From NCBI GenBank assembly GCA_002269645.1, contig NIVC01003246.1:1-64000 (forward strand): a DNA stretch of 64,000 bases, given 5' to 3'. This DNA is from Macrostomum lignano (Eukaryota). How positions within the stretch are numbered: the first letter of the stretch is position 1; each line of letters opens with the position of its first letter. Under the pieces are notes generated by a model. The model was not told the origin of the DNA. It made no database searches and saw only the letters and a program-made list of their open reading frames with translations. Both the position numbers and the translations under genes were made by a program. This document shows positions 20,040 to 48,155 of the stretch, in pieces.

Positions 20040-22647
20040 TGGACTCCCCGTCAGCTTTCACTCATTTTGTGCTGCGCCGCAATCCGCCGCCGCCAGTGCA
20101 GCATCACCACTCGGACGGTTCCACAGTCAGCTCGTCTGGCGGCGGCGGTGCTAGCAGCGATGACTTGTCTGGCAAGGCAGCCAGCAGCGGCGGCAGTCGG
20201 CGGCGGGGCGAGCGGCCAGCCCCGCTGCAGCTGTCCCCGACAATCGTCAGCGGCAACAACAGCGCCGGCGTCGGAGCCCCTGCGACCAACGATTCTCCGT
20301 CCGCGGTGCCGGCGTCGGCGCCACCCGAAGAGGCCAAGAGCACCCCGGACGGCATCTTCAAGCGCCAGCTGGACGTGACCACCAAGTCCGTGCTGACCGA
20401 GGTGGACTTCGGCCGCAAGTTCAGCCACCTGCCCGAGTTCCAGCCCGGCGCCGCACCGGTCTCCGCCATCAGCCCGCGAAACTTCTTCCAGCAGCACTGC
20501 CGCAGCGCCCCGCCGACGGCCGCCGAGTCGCTGTACGCTGCCGTCGCGGCCGCGGCTGCCGCCGGCTCCCAGCAGGACCGGCACGTGTTCTTTGGGCAGA
20601 ATTTCTCCGCTGAGGAGGCCGAAGAGCTGGCCAGGTCCACTCTGCAGATGGCCGGCGACGATTTCGTTGCCGTGACGCCGGGCGGCAGCAACAGCGGCGG
20701 CGGCGGCCCCGGCACACCGCGGAGTCCCGGCGGCAGCGCCAGGCGAATGCTGGAGCAGCGACGAGGCCTCGTCATGACGCTGTTCCAGCAGTGCGACAAC
20801 TTCTTTCCGACTAGTGAGTTTCTGCCTCTGTCATAGCTGCGTGCCCCGCTGATGGTGGATCTTAAATCCCAAATCCCAAACTCACGCAGACGAGCAGCTG
20901 GAGAATTTCCAGCGCAAACATTCGGACGTGTTCCCGAGCAAGGGCACTCTGATACTCAAAGTCCGGGAGGTGCGGCAGAAGCTGCGACAGACGGCCAGCC
21001 AGGCCCTGCCGAGCAGCCCCGCAACCGTGACCGCCTCCAAGGATCATCGGGTAAGTCGGCTTCTGAGAGTTTCGGAGTCAACCGAGTTTGTGCGGGTAGC
21101 TAGTGAGATTGTGACTGGGTTTATGGGGTAGCTAGTGAGATTGTGACTGGGTTTATGGGGTAGCTAGTGAGATTGTGACTGGGTTTATGGGGTAGCTAGT
21201 GAGATTGTGACTGGGTTTATGGGGGTAGCTAGTGAGATTGTGACTGGGTTTATGGGGTAGCTAGTGAGATTGTGACTGGGTTTATGGGGTAGCTAGTGAG
21301 ATTGTGACTGGGTTTATGGGGGTAGCTAGTGAGATTGTGACTGGGTTAATGGGGTAGCTAGTGAGATTGTGACTGGGTTTATGGGGGTAGCTAGTGAGAT
21401 TGTGACTGGGTTTATGGAGGTAGCTAGTGAGATTGTGACTGGGTTTATGGGGTAGCTAGTGAGATTGTGACTGGGTTTATGGGGTAGCTAGTGAGATTGA
21501 GACTGGGTTTATGGGGTAGCTAGTGAGATTGTGACTGGGTTTATGGGGTAGCTAGTGGGATTGTGACTGGGTTTATGGGGTAGCTAGTGAGATTGTGACT
21601 GGGTTTATGGGGGTAGCTAGTGAGATTGTGACTGGGTTTATGGGGTAGCTAGTGAGATTGTGACTGGGTTTATGGGGGTAGCTAGTGAGATTGTGACTGG
21701 GTTTATGGGGTAGCTAGTGAGATTGTGACTGGGTTTATGGGGTAGCTAGTGAGATTGAGACTGGGTTTATGGGGTAGCTAGTGAGATTGTGACTGGGTTT
21801 ATGGGGTAGCTAGTGGGATTGTGACTGGGTTTATGGGGTAGCTAGTGAGATTGTGACTGGGTTTATGGGGTAGCTAGTGAGATTGTGACTGGGTTTATGG
21901 GGTAGCTAGTGAGATTGTGACTGGGTTTATGGGGTAGCTAGTGAGATTGTGACTGGGTTTATGGGGGTAGCTAGTGAGATTGTGACTGGGTTTATGGAGG
22001 TAGCTAGTGAGATTGTGACTGGGTTTATGGGGTAGCTAGTGAGATTGTGACTGGGTTTATGGGGGTAGCTAGTGAGATTGTGACTGGGTTTATGGAGGTA
22101 GCTAGTGAGATTGTGACTGGGTTTATGGGGTAGCTAGTGAGATTGTGACTGGGTTTATGGGGTAGCTAGTGAGATTGAGACTGGGTTTATGGGGTAGCTA
22201 GTGAGATTGTGACTGGGTTTATGGGGTAGCTAGTGGGATTGTGACTGGGTTTATGGGGGTAGCTAGTGTGATTGTGACTGGGTTTATGGGGTAGCTAGTG
22301 AGATTGAGACTGGGTTTATGGGGTAGCTAGTGAGATTGTGACTGGGTTTATGGGGTAGCTAGTGGGATTGTGACTGGGTTTATGGGGGTAGCTAGTGTGA
22401 TTTTGACTGGATTTATGGGGTAGCTAGTGAGATTGTGACTGGGTTTATGGGGGTAGCTAGTGAGATTGTGACTGGGTTTATGGGGGTAGCTAGTGTGATT
22501 TTGACTGGATTTATGGGGTAGCTGACCCCTATACCCCGTATGCTGACGTCCAGCCTGCATACAAGCCAGTGCGCTTTTTAAAGCAGCAAAATGTTGAATA
22601 TTATTAAACTTCTGCAGGTTGCGGACCCCGACAAGTCGACACCCTGA
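13762..22647 (+). CDS. cic: Capicua (long isoform) HMG-box transcriptional repressor, ~980 aa
   Basis: Exons 13762-14425, 17423-17609, 18913-20813, 20890-21050, 22618-22647; GT-AG, phases consistent, 2943 nt. [39 protein letters not shown] motif; HMG box [26 protein letters not shown]; C1 domain [34 protein letters not shown]. Confidence 0.93.
14477..15143. repeat. 21-bp minisatellite (CTCCCATCTGCAGCTTCCGCT), cic intron 1
   Basis: Tandem units directly visible. Confidence 0.95.
16014..17346 (+). repeat. 24-bp minisatellite (ATCAGTAGCCTAATGGGATTTGGG), cic intron 1
   Basis: Tandem units directly visible. Confidence 0.97.
17650..18850 (-). repeat. Same 24-bp minisatellite in inverted orientation, cic intron 2
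   Basis: Unit CCCAAATCCCATTAGGCTACTGAT is the exact reverse complement of the 16014-17346 unit. Confidence 0.97.
21094..22523. repeat. 32-33-bp minisatellite (GGGTAGCTAGTGAGATTGTGACTGGGTTTATG), cic intron 4
   Basis: Tandem units directly visible. Confidence 0.97.
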
Positions 22648-22854
22648 GCAACTTTTGAATCCTCTGTTGATGCTGGTTTAGTGTGTTACAAATTAACTGA
22701 GTTTATTTTATACATTGTTTCGTTTTCGCCTTGTAAGTCTCAATTTTGCTTACTGTTAGCTGCAGTATTTTATCAGGCTTCTTTTCTCTTTAACGAGTTT
22801 TAAAATTCGATAATTTCATGTGGTAAGCAACACGTTCGGGGTAGAAGACGATTG

Positions 22855-23415
22855 GATGATTGGCTGAGGACGGGTTCAAGGAGTTTGTGGGATAGAAGAC
22901 GGTTGCTGATTGGCTGAGGACAGGTTCAAGTAGTGGGTGGGATAGAAGACGGTTGCTGATTGGCTGAGGACAGGTTCAAGTAGTGGGTGGGATAGAAGGC
23001 GGTTGCTGATTGGCTGAGGACGGGTTCAAGGAGTGTGTGGGATAGGAGACGGTTGCTGATTGGCTGAGGACAGGTTCAAGGAGTGTGTGGCATAGGAGAC
23101 GGTTGCTGATTGGCTGAGGACAGGTTCAAGGAGTGTGTGGCATAGGAGACGGTTGCTGATTGGCTGAGGACAGGTTCAAGGAGTGTGTGGCATAGGAGAC
23201 GGTTGCTGATTGGCTGAGGACAGGTTCAAGGAGTGTGTGGCATAGGAGACGGTTGCTGATTGGCTGAGGACAGGTTCAAGGAGTGTGTGGCATAGGAGAC
23301 GGTTGCTGATTGGCTGAGGACAGGTTCAAGGAGTGTGTGGCATAGGAGACGGTTGCTGATTGGCTGAGGACAAGTTCAAGGAGTAGGTGGGAAAGAAGAC
23401 GGTCGCTGATTGGCT
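22855..23415. repeat. 50-bp tandem repeat downstream of cic
   Basis: GGTTGCTGATTGGCTGAGGACAGGTTCAAGGAGTGTGTGGCATAGGAGAC units. Confidence 0.95.
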
Positions 23416-24104
23416 GAAGAACGATGTTTATACAGAAACAAATTCCCCAGCTGTAAAGTACTCGTATCATTTAAAGTTCGTAAGCACCGTGTATTGAGGA
23501 CGCATATTTTTGTTAAGCGGGCAAATTCTCTGCTTAGTCGCTTTGTCATTCAGGGAAATCAGTTCTGTTATTGTCGATCTGTATTTTAGCAAATCCCAAG
23601 TATTATTAGCCAATAAAATTCAACCATTTGTTTATCTTTACTCAAGCGATTTCTGGTATTTTTTGTAGTTTTCGTTGTTTATTAAAGCGCTTGCTTTTCG
23701 TGCTGTGCAGAGAATCATTAAAGAATGGATATTGGCTGCAAGCCTTCCATAGTCTATTTTTCGTATATTTAATTGTACCAGGTATCTTTTGTTGAAGCGG
23801 CTTCTGTTTGGGAAATCACAGTGTGCAAAACTCTGCTTATTGTAACCTTATGCGCCTGTTTATAAATTGTGTTTATTGCTTTTTTGTGTTTAATTTTATT
23901 GCTACAGTTTGTATTGTATATTGTTGTAAATTGCTGACACATAGGACTATTTTTGTAAGCTTATTCAGCTTGAACAGGAGCCAGAGTGAGTGCCCAGGAG
24001 GTTTGGAGTGCCCTATATGGGATGTATGGAGTGCCCTATATGGTTATTTAGAGGGCCTAATTTGGGTTATCTAAAATGCGCTTAATGTGGGACATGTGGA
24101 GTGA

Positions 24105-24765
24105 TTACTCTGGGATATATGGAGTGCTCAATCTGGGATACATGGAGTGCTCAATCTGGGACATATGGAGTGCTCAATCTGGGATATATGGAGTGCTCAA
24201 TCTGGGACATATGGGGTGCTCAATCTGGGATACATGGAGTGCTCAATCTGGGACATATGGAGTGCTCAATCTGGGACATATGGAGTGCTCAATCTGGGAC
24301 ATGTGGAGTGCTCAATCTGGGATACATGGAGTGCTCAAGCTGGGATACATGGAGTGCTCAATTTGGGATACATTGAGTGCTCAATCTGGGATATATGGAG
24401 TGCTCAATCTGGGATACATGGAGTGCTCAATCTGGGATACATGGAGTGCTCAATCTGGGATATATGGAGTGCTCAATCTGGGATACATGGAGTGCTCAAT
24501 CTGGGATACATGGAGTGCTCAATCTGGGACATATGGAGTGCTCAATCTGGGACATATGGAGTGCTCAATCTGGGACATATGGAGTGCTCAATCTGGGATA
24601 TATGGAGTGCTCAATCTGGGATATATGGAGTGCTCAATCTGCGATACATGGAGTGCTCAATCTGGGACATATGGAGTGCTCAATCTGGGACATATGGAGT
24701 GCTCAATCTGGGACATATGGAGTGCTCAATCTGCGATACATGGAGTGCTCAATGTAGGATGTATA
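24105..24765. repeat. 23-bp minisatellite (TGGAGTGCTCAATCTGGGACATA)
   Basis: Tandem units directly visible. Confidence 0.95.
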
Positions 24766-25859
24766 TAGTGCCCAGTGTACAATATATGGGCTGACCAATG
24801 TGGGATATTTGGAGTGCTCAATCATGAACTCTCGGATTCCGTCATGAGTATGATTGTCTTTCTGATGGCTACCTCTATTTATTCAGCTAAGATGGCGTTC
24901 ATGCAGGCCAATAATAAATCGCGATTGTGGCAACACATTATGATTATGGCAGACGCCTCTCTGTCTCGCTTGTGTCTCTCAGTGCTTCGTTGCAATCTCT
25001 ATTGGCCTCCCCAATTGCGAGATAAATTGAAGCTGCTTGCTGGGTAATTTTGGAGTTGGGTGTTTAAAGATTAAAAATCTTTTTAATATTATTTTGTGTG
25101 ACCTGCGCGCCAAAAAGTGTTCTGTGTTAATAATTGCGCTTCTGCGGTTCATCTTTTTAATGGTAAATTATTTTTTAATTGCCGAAGTCTGTGTTATATT
25201 TTTGTCCTGCTGTGTACCTGAATCTTTCTTGTGATTTTATCTGGCTGGTAGCCGCTTCGCTTTGTAATCTCTTAAGTAATTATTCTCGTGCTCGTCTTCC
25301 CGCACCTGTCTCTTTCTCACGTCCTTGATCTCATCTTTCTCACCTCCGTAATCTCATCTTTCTCACGCTCTCAACCTGATCTTTCTCACTCATAATCAAT
25401 TTCGCGGCTCATCTCCAGCTCTTCTCCAGTCTTTCTCATGCCCGGCCTCGTCAGCGCTGCCGCAAGCAAATCTTTCTCATCGCTCCTGGGCGGTCTCTCA
25501 GAGCAGTTTTTTAGCAACAACCTGTATCCAGCCTTTCGTTGTAGATGTTCTCAATTGAGCAAAAGTATTTTGTGCATGTTGCAAATCTATATTAGCGCGC
25601 GAGCTCTTTTATCAGAACTTTATCGGGTACGGGAGTGTCAAAAAAGTGCTTCTTGTACTTGTCCGCTTTCACTGTTGATTTGTTAAAAACGAGTTCAATT
25701 GATTATAAATAAAGCTTGTTAATTCTTAGAAAAGCAATTTTAAATTTGTGCCATTCTAATTTCAAAGTTTTTCTGGCCTGCAATTTTTCGATTAGATTTT
25801 TTCAAAAGACCTGTCAGAAATTTGATTAAAAGATGGAACTCGAAGATAGCAATGCTCTT

Positions 25860-27830
25860 ACAACTCGTCCCTTAAAGCGATCCACCTTGTCATCGCCCTG
25901 ATGCTTAACCTTTGAGTTCCATTTTATCCCGGTTTCATTCTCCATCAGGGAATTAACTGAATTCTGATTCAGCGGCAGCTTTCCGTTGCTTCGCGTAGTC
26001 AGCTTTCAGGGCTTCGTCGATCTCTGTCGGTTCGATAATTTCGGTCATTCTGAGCGCAGTGTTCGGTCTCAGGTGCCACTTTTGCGCCTTCATATCTGGG
26101 ACGGTCAGGAGCTCTCCTTTCACATTGAGGAAATCGCTTCTGATCAGTTTCTGTCGACACTAACTGTTCCTGTTCTTGTTGACGTGGTGTCGGTTCTGTT
26201 ATCTTGAGCTCAAGTTCCAAGCTGTCTACTTATGCAGTCTGCAACTCACCAGTTGGCCTTTGCTCATCTGATTTAGTTGCACTTGTGTCAGGTGGATCAA
26301 CAGCAATATGTCGCCTTTATCCTTTGCTGCTGCTCGTACACTAAACACGTGCACGACAGCCGAGACACTAGAAGTACTCGTACATCCGTCGCAGCAGTCT
26401 TGAAACGCTTGTCTGTCATGTGGCAGGAGCATACTGAGTTTTACTTGACCGCTGCCGCAGGCCGCTGCGACTGTTCAACCATCACCTAGGCTGACCCGTT
26501 CAGGTCGCGCAAACAGCTTGTAGTTGACTAGTAGCTCTGTAGAGTATGTAGTGTGGCAGGACGATCCGAGTCAAATATCCAGTTGGATATGTCAGATCTG
26601 GTCTTGATGGGAGACACAAAGAATGTCTCGTTGCAGCTTTTAGATGCATCATCATCAAGTGAGGTTTCGGCTGTTTTGGCAACTGGTCCTTGAAGGTCTT
26701 TTAAATCCCCCTGAACGACTTGTCTTGACAGCTCGATGGGCCACGTGACCAATTTTTCTGCAAGCAAAACATTTGACTGCACGATGTGGCAGCCCTTGGC
26801 CTTTTTGGATCTTCAGTGCAGATACTCCACCTCCAAACCCTCGCTCACCTAATTGACTCCGCTTTTGCTCCTCGTTGATGCGTGCTTGGTGAATCATCTG
26901 TAGCCTAGTAACCAAGGTAGAGTAGTTCTCGGGCAGACTGCTGAGCAGCATGACCACTTGGTCCTCTTCACTGTCAGGTGCGTTGATAGAGACCAGTTTG
27001 TCGGTCAGCTCCTTCATATAGCGGATACGAGCTATGATCAACCGTCGATGACTCCCCCAAAACCCTGAATCTTCCAAGTATAGTCAGTCCACTTCCGCTT
27101 CCCACCAAAGGACACCAGGACACATTCAAGGGCAACAGGACACATTCAAGGACACCAGGACACATTCAAAGACACCAGGACACATTCAAGGACATCAGGA
27201 CACATTCAAAGACACCAGGACACATTCAAGGATACCAGGACACATTCGAGAATACCAGGACACATTCAAGGACTTCAGGACACATTAAAAGACACCAGTC
27301 ACATTCAAGGACACCAGGACACATTCAAGGACTTCAGGACACATTCAAGGGCACCAGGACACATTCAAGGACAACAGGACACATTCAAGGACACCAGGAC
27401 ACATTAAAAGACACCAGTCACATTCAAGGACACCAGGACACATTCAAGGACTTCAGGACACATTCAAGGACATCAGGACACATTCAAGGACACCAGGACA
27501 CATTCAAAGATACCATCCGCCATTTCCTCGGACAGTTTGTGTTGAGAACAAGCTTATTCTTCGTCGGAGCAAGGCTTCTGAATCAGCTACCGCTTATGCA
27601 CAATGGAGCCCATAACCTACCTGTTGGATTTACAGATGCAGTAGCAGCTTATCGAGTATACATGTATTTCTTAGTCAATAAGCAACAGCAGTTGAGTAAC
27701 CCAAGATGATTAAGGCTGAAGCCAAAGGGCGAGAGCAGTTTAATCGAGATTGCACAGGATCATTCTGGACAATTAAAAACTTGGGAATCTCGGGGGGTTA
27801 CTATAATTGGCATAGATACAATTTACATCA
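25860..27830 (-). mobile_element. Degenerate, internally deleted Ty1/copia LTR retrotransposon remnant
   Basis: Gag core VMLLSSLPENYSTLV and zinc knuckle CFACRKIGHVA (26655-27077); protease NWIFDS (~26580); RT start KWNSKVKHQGDDKVDRFKGRVV (~25862-25930); copia-type PBS remnant GGTTATGGGC at 27617-27608, close to a ...CAACA end. LTR limits are uncertain. Confidence 0.7.
27111..27512. repeat. 20-bp minisatellite (CAGGACACATTCAAGGACAC), copy 1, inside the copia remnant
   Basis: Tandem units directly visible. Confidence 0.95.
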
Positions 27831-27954
27831 CTTCTTAAACGCGTGTCCCCTGTTGGATAGGTTTGTGTCACCTGTTGGATAAGTTTGTGTCCACTGTTGG
27901 ATAGATTCGTGTTACCTGTTAGAGACTGAACAGTGCCATTTGTTGGATGTGCCG

Positions 27955-29262
27955 TGCCATCTGTTAGAGATGGGACTGTGTCACCTGTTGTAGATGGGAG
28001 TGTCACCTGTTGGGAGATGGGACTGTGTCACTTGTTGGGAGATGGGACTGTGTCACCTGTTGTAGATCGGACTGTGTCACCTGTTGTAGATGGGAGTGTC
28101 ACCTGTTGTAGATGGGAGTGTCACCTGTTGTAGATAGGACTGTGTCACCTGTTGTAGATCGGACTGTGTCACCTGTTGTAGATGGGACTGTGTCACCTGT
28201 TGTAGATGGGACTGTGTCACCTGTTGTAGATGGGACTGTGTCACCTGTTGTAGATGGGACTGTGTCACCTGTTGTAGATAGGACTGTGTCACCTGTTGTA
28301 GATGGGACTGTGTCACCTGTTGTAGATAGGACTGTGTCACCTGTTGTAGATGGGACTGTGTCACCTGTTGTACAACAACAACAAAATACGCTGTCATGAT
28401 GGTAAAAGTCAGCGTCACAGGGCGCGCTTCATGGCTTGGGCGCGAACAAAGGCCGCGCCACCGGCAGTGTCCGGGGCGCCGGCGTCAGCCGTTCTACCTG
28501 TTGTAGATCGGACTGTGTCACCTGTTGTAGATCAAACTGTGTCACCTGTTGTAGATGGGAGTGTCACCTGTTGTAGATGGGTCTGTCACCTGTTATAGAT
28601 GGGACTGTGTCACCTGTTATAGATAGGACTGTGTCACCTGTTGTAGATGGGACTGTGGCACCTGTTGTAGATGGGACTGTGTCACCTGTTGTAGATCGGA
28701 CTGTGTCACCTGTTGTAGATGGGACTGTGTCACCTGTTGTAGATCGGACTGTGTCACCTGTTGTAGATGGGACTGTGTCACCTGTTGTAGATCGGACTGT
28801 GTCACCTGTTGTAGATGGGAGTGTCACCTGTTGTAGATCGGACTGTGTCACCTGTTGTAGATGGGAGTGTCACCTGTTGTAGATGGGACTGTCACCTGTT
28901 AGGAGATGGGACTGTGTCACCTGTTGTAGACAGGACTGTGTCAGCTGTTGTAGATAGGACTGTGTCACCTGTTGTAGATAGGACTGTGTCACCTGTTGTA
29001 GATCGGACCGTGTCACCTGTTGTAGATGGGACTGTGTAACCTGTTGTAGATCGGACTGTGTCACCTGTTGTAGATGGGACTGTGTCACCTGTTGTAGATG
29101 GGAGTGTCACCTGTTGTAGATGGGACTGTGTCACCTGTTGGGAGATGGGACTGTGTCACCTGTTGGGAGATGGGACTGTGTCACCTGTTGTAGATCGGAC
29201 TGTGTCACCTGTTGTAGATGGGACTGTGTTGCCAGTTGGGAGATGGGACTGTGTCAGCTGTT
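27955..29262. repeat. 24-bp minisatellite (TGTAGATGGGACTGTGTCACCTGT), interrupted at ~28372-28497
   Basis: Tandem units directly visible. Confidence 0.95.
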
Positions 29263-29547
29263 GGAGGCTATGATTTTGTTGTTGTTAAACGAATGGGTGT
29301 AAGTTAGGCACCCTCGGATCAGCCCGAAATGGGCTCTGCCGCTTTATTTTAATTTTATATACGAATTTAGTTGGCGAAGGCTATGATTTTACATGTAAGT
29401 AGTTTTGACGGAATTACTTTTTAGATTCAGCCACATATACCAGAAATTATTAGAGTTTCTTATCTATGGCTTCAGCAGAACGCTACTACTAACAGTAGGA
29501 AAATTGCAGTTTCGTTTATTGAAGTAGTTGACTTGCTCCGGACTTTC

Positions 29548-40921
<11,374 letters not shown>

Positions 40922-41499
40922 CACTGCTCCCAATGAAGCGAGCTCGGAACCTTGGGATAAGGAATTGAGTTATTCTTTCCTCCGGAAGCCTTTTTCAACA
41001 GATGTGAAAACAAAATGTGACTGATTCTGATTGGATGCGATGAGTTTCTCAATTTAATTCAGCTTCAAATCAATGAAAATATTTTCGTTATTTTCTACTG
41101 ACAGTAGCAGGCAAAGCTGCGATTTCATTTTTCGAATATCGCTGAGTTTCCTTTCTGAGTGCGTCTGAACCTGCGGCCTGCAGCACTGAGTCACTTCAAT
41201 TCTGTGGGACTTTACTGACAGCTATGAGTAGCTGATGGGGTTCTGTTTGCTCTCATAAGCTGACACAAACCTCACCTGCTGTCAATCAAGTGCAATTTAT
41301 AAATCAGAAATTTCTGTGCTTTGGTACGATGCAGCTTGCACAGGCAGGCGGAGCTCTCGGAGAGATATGAATTTCACTGATTTTGGAGCCTTCATCATGC
41401 AAGACAGAGGAGCTTAATGAGTAGACAGACTTTCCTCATTTATTTATATGGCTTCAGTTATACGAACAGTCAGACATTCATAGACACAGTCACAGACCA

Positions 41500-42258
41500 A
41501 GCCAAAGACAGCCACAGACACAGCCACAGACAAAGCCACCGACACAGCCACAGACAAAGCCACCGACACAGCCACAGACAAAGCCACCGACACAGCCACA
41601 GACAAAGCCACCGACACAGCCACAGACAAAGCCACCGACACAGCCACAGACACCGACACTGCCACAGACAAAGCCACCGACACTGCCACAGACAAAGCCA
41701 CCGACACTGCCACAGACAAAGCCACCGACACTGCCACAGACAAAGCCACCGACACTGCCACAGACAAAGCCACAGACACAGCCACAGACAAAGCCACCGA
41801 CACAGCCACAGACAAAGCCACAGACACAGCCACAGACAAAGCCACCGACACTGCCACAGACAAAGCCACCGACACTGCCACAGACAAAGCCACAGACACA
41901 GCCACAGACAAAGCCACCGACACTGCCACAGACAAAGCCACCGACACTGCCACAGACAAAGCCACCGACACTGCCACAGACAAAGCCGCCGACACTGCCA
42001 CAGACAAAGCCACAGACACAGCCACAGACAAAGCCACCGACACTGCCACAGACAAAGCCACCGACACTGCCACAGACAAAGCCACCGACACTGCCACAGA
42101 CAAAGCCACCGACGCAGTGACAGACACACTCACAGACACAGTGACAGACACAGACACAGACACAGACACAGTGACAGACACAGACACAGACCACGCCAAA
42201 GACAGCCACAGACACAGCCACAGTGACAGACACAGACACAGACACAGACACAGCCACA
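41500..42258. repeat. 24-bp (6-mer based) CACAGC/CACAGA array
   Basis: CACAGCCACAGACAAAGCCACCGA units. Confidence 0.95.
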
Positions 42259-42842
42259 GTAATTTGCAGCCAATTCCAATAGAAAACTGAGAGACTACTC
42301 AAACTAGTTGAACTTTAAACGAGTCTCTGTAGAAAACTATACATGTATTACTTTCTTTCCATTTCCGAAGAGCCATTGTTTTTCCGTTGGCCGCGCAAAG
42401 TCGCTCCCCACGATTCCTTCACGTCTTTCAATCAAAACCAGAAGCAGAACTAAAGCAGAAAAGCAGAGAAGCTTGCAAGCTTACAAATCAAGTCACTGTT
42501 TAGAGAATAAACTCCAACAGCCATTAACTGAGCTGTAAAGTTCGGGGCGCAAAACAGAATTTGCATTGATTAGTTCTCTCCGTTCATTCAAGAACCCCTT
42601 CTGGTTGTCAAGGCAACCAGAAATCCTTCTGGAATAAATTTCTCCGCTTCTGTGTTCCCGCAGACTCGATCGACAGGTAAACTGAGGCTCACCAGAGCTC
42701 TTCACCATAAGCTCACCTGAAGCTCATCTAAAGCTCATCTGCAGCTCACCTGTAGCTCATCTGCAACCTCACCTGAAGCTCACCTGAAGCTCATCTGAAG
42801 CTCATCTTAAACACACCTGAGGTATTTCTACCAAAAGAGAGC

Positions 42843-45960
<3,118 letters not shown>

Positions 45961-46407
45961 AGTGCAAGAGGGACGCGGCGGCCAACCGGCTGATCCTCCT
46001 GTGAACTGCGCTGCAAAATGCATTGGCGAGATTGGGCAGCTTCAGCTTTTTACACCAAATTTACAAAAAATTTTACCAGGGAGATCTCGAAGTGTGCAGA
46101 CTGGCGATGCTAAAGTCAGGGCGTTTCCTACACGGATCTCTTGTGTTTGCTATCTTACATGAAGAGAATCCCGTTCATAAAAATAAACTGAAAAAACAGG
46201 AACAGCTGACATTTTCCCGAAACTTTGCATTCCTATTTGTCTCCGGAAGCAGGTTTTGAAAGCTTAAGAAATTGTGTTGGAACAAAACACTGAGCTCTAC
46301 TTGCTTCATTTTCATTTTTTTATTCTAGTAGCTGAGATATTGACTATTAGATTTTTAGAAACTGAAAGATTCCAGCCTATCAGCTCCTAACGGCCTTATT
46401 TATTCTC

Positions 46408-47315
46408 CTTCATCAATGTCAGGAGGCTGGAATTCTCCTTCATCGATGTCAGGAGGAGGCTGGAATTGTCCTTCATCAATGTCAGAAGGAGGCTGGAATT
46501 GTCCTTCATCAGTGTCAGGAGGCTGGAACTCCTCTTAATCAATGTCAGGAGGCTGGAATTCTCTTTCATCAATGTCAGGAGGCTGGAACTCCTCTTCATC
46601 AATGTCAGGAGGAGGCTCGAATTCCTCTTCATCAATGTCAGGAGGCTGCAATTCCCTTTCATCAATGTCAGGAGGAGGCTGGAATTCCCCTTCATCAATG
46701 TCGGGAGGAGGCTGGAATTCTCCTTCATCAGTGTCAGGAGGAGGCTGGAATTCTCCTTCATCAATGTCAGGAGGAGGCTGGAATTGTCCTTCATCAATGT
46801 CAGGAGGCTGGAACTCCTCTTAATCAATGTCAGGAGGCTGGAACTCCTCTTAATCAATGTCAGGAGGAGGCTGAATTCTCCTTCATCAGTGTCAGGAGGA
46901 GGCTGGGATTCTCCTTCATCAATGTCAGTAGGAGGCTGGAATTGTCCTTCATCAGTGTCAGCAGGTGTCTGGAATTGTCCCTCATCAGTGTCAAGAGGAT
47001 ACTGGAATTCCCCTTCATCAGTGTCAGTAGGAGGCTCGAATTCCCTTTCATCAATGTCAGGAGGCTGGAATTCCCCTTCATCAATGTCGGGAGGAGGCTG
47101 GAATTCCCCTTCATCAATGTCGGGAGGAGGCTGGAATTCCCCTTCATCAATGTCGGGAGGAGGCTGGAATTCCCCTTCATCAATGTCAGGAGGAGGCTCG
47201 AATTCCGCTTCATCAATGTCAGGAGGAGGCTCGAATTCCGCTTCATCAATGTCAGGAAGAGGCTGAAATTGTCTTTCATCAGTGTCAGTTGGAGGCTGGA
47301 ATTGTCCTTTATCAT
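46408..47315. repeat. 27/30-bp minisatellite (AGGAGGCTGGAATTCCCCTTCATCAATGTC)
   Basis: Tandem units directly visible. Confidence 0.95.
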
Positions 47316-47849
47316 TCATCCGTCAGGTTTTCTATGACATCTATAGGAGAAATTTCGTATACTATCTAATAGTCAGCAGAGGTCTTAAGGAGTTTTAAAA
47401 CCGTTTTGTTTTAGTCAGAGTTTTGCATTTCAAAACAGCACACACGCCTGCATCACTTCTCCTGTCATGATCCAGCAATTTACGCGCAATACAGAATGCA
47501 TCCATTAAGCCGTGCTCGGCCTCCCCAGACCCTCAGAGTTCCTCAGCTTTCATCACGGTCCACTTGAGCCAGCGTCTGCATGAGCTCTTGGTTGCTCAAA
47601 AACATTTCCTCATCCAGTAACTCAACTCTTTCCCCTGTTGCTGGCGCGCTCGGCCGGAACTGAAAAAAACTCGTACTTGAGCACGACTCGGAGCTGCGGG
47701 GGACGGCTGGTTGTGTAAATCCGCATGTCCTTATAGATCGTATGGAAGAAAGGCGGAGCAGTCGATCTGTATGAAGGATCAACGTTTCTGAGTTTGTGTC
47801 AATAGAGTTGGAAGCTGTGTTTTGGGGTGTCAGAAAAGTAGAGTACTGT

Positions 47850-48155
47850 CCATAGTAAAGTGCAGTAAAGTTGTGTGTCCACAGTTTAGTACAGTAGAGT
47901 TATGTGTCCACAGTAAAGTACAGTAGAGTTATGTGTCCACAGTAAAGTACAGTAGAGTGATGTGTCCAAAGTTAAGTAATTTGTGTCAGCAGTAAAGTAC
48001 ATGTAACCTGTGTACACAATAAATTACAGTAATGTTATGTCTACAGTAAAGTACCTGTGTCCACAGTAAAGTACAGTATCCACAGTAAAGTACAGTAATA
48101 TGTCCACAGTAAATTTGTGTCCACAGTAAAGTAATTTGTGTCCACAGTAAAGTAC
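47850..48155. repeat. Degenerate TGTGTCCACAGTAAAGTACAGTA tandem repeat
   Basis: Imperfect units visible. Confidence 0.8.

Noticed and set aside
41417-42302. Cys/Trp-, His/Arg- or Ser/Val-rich repeat proteins
   Set aside because: Several frames on both strands are open across a hexamer-based array, with no coding signal.
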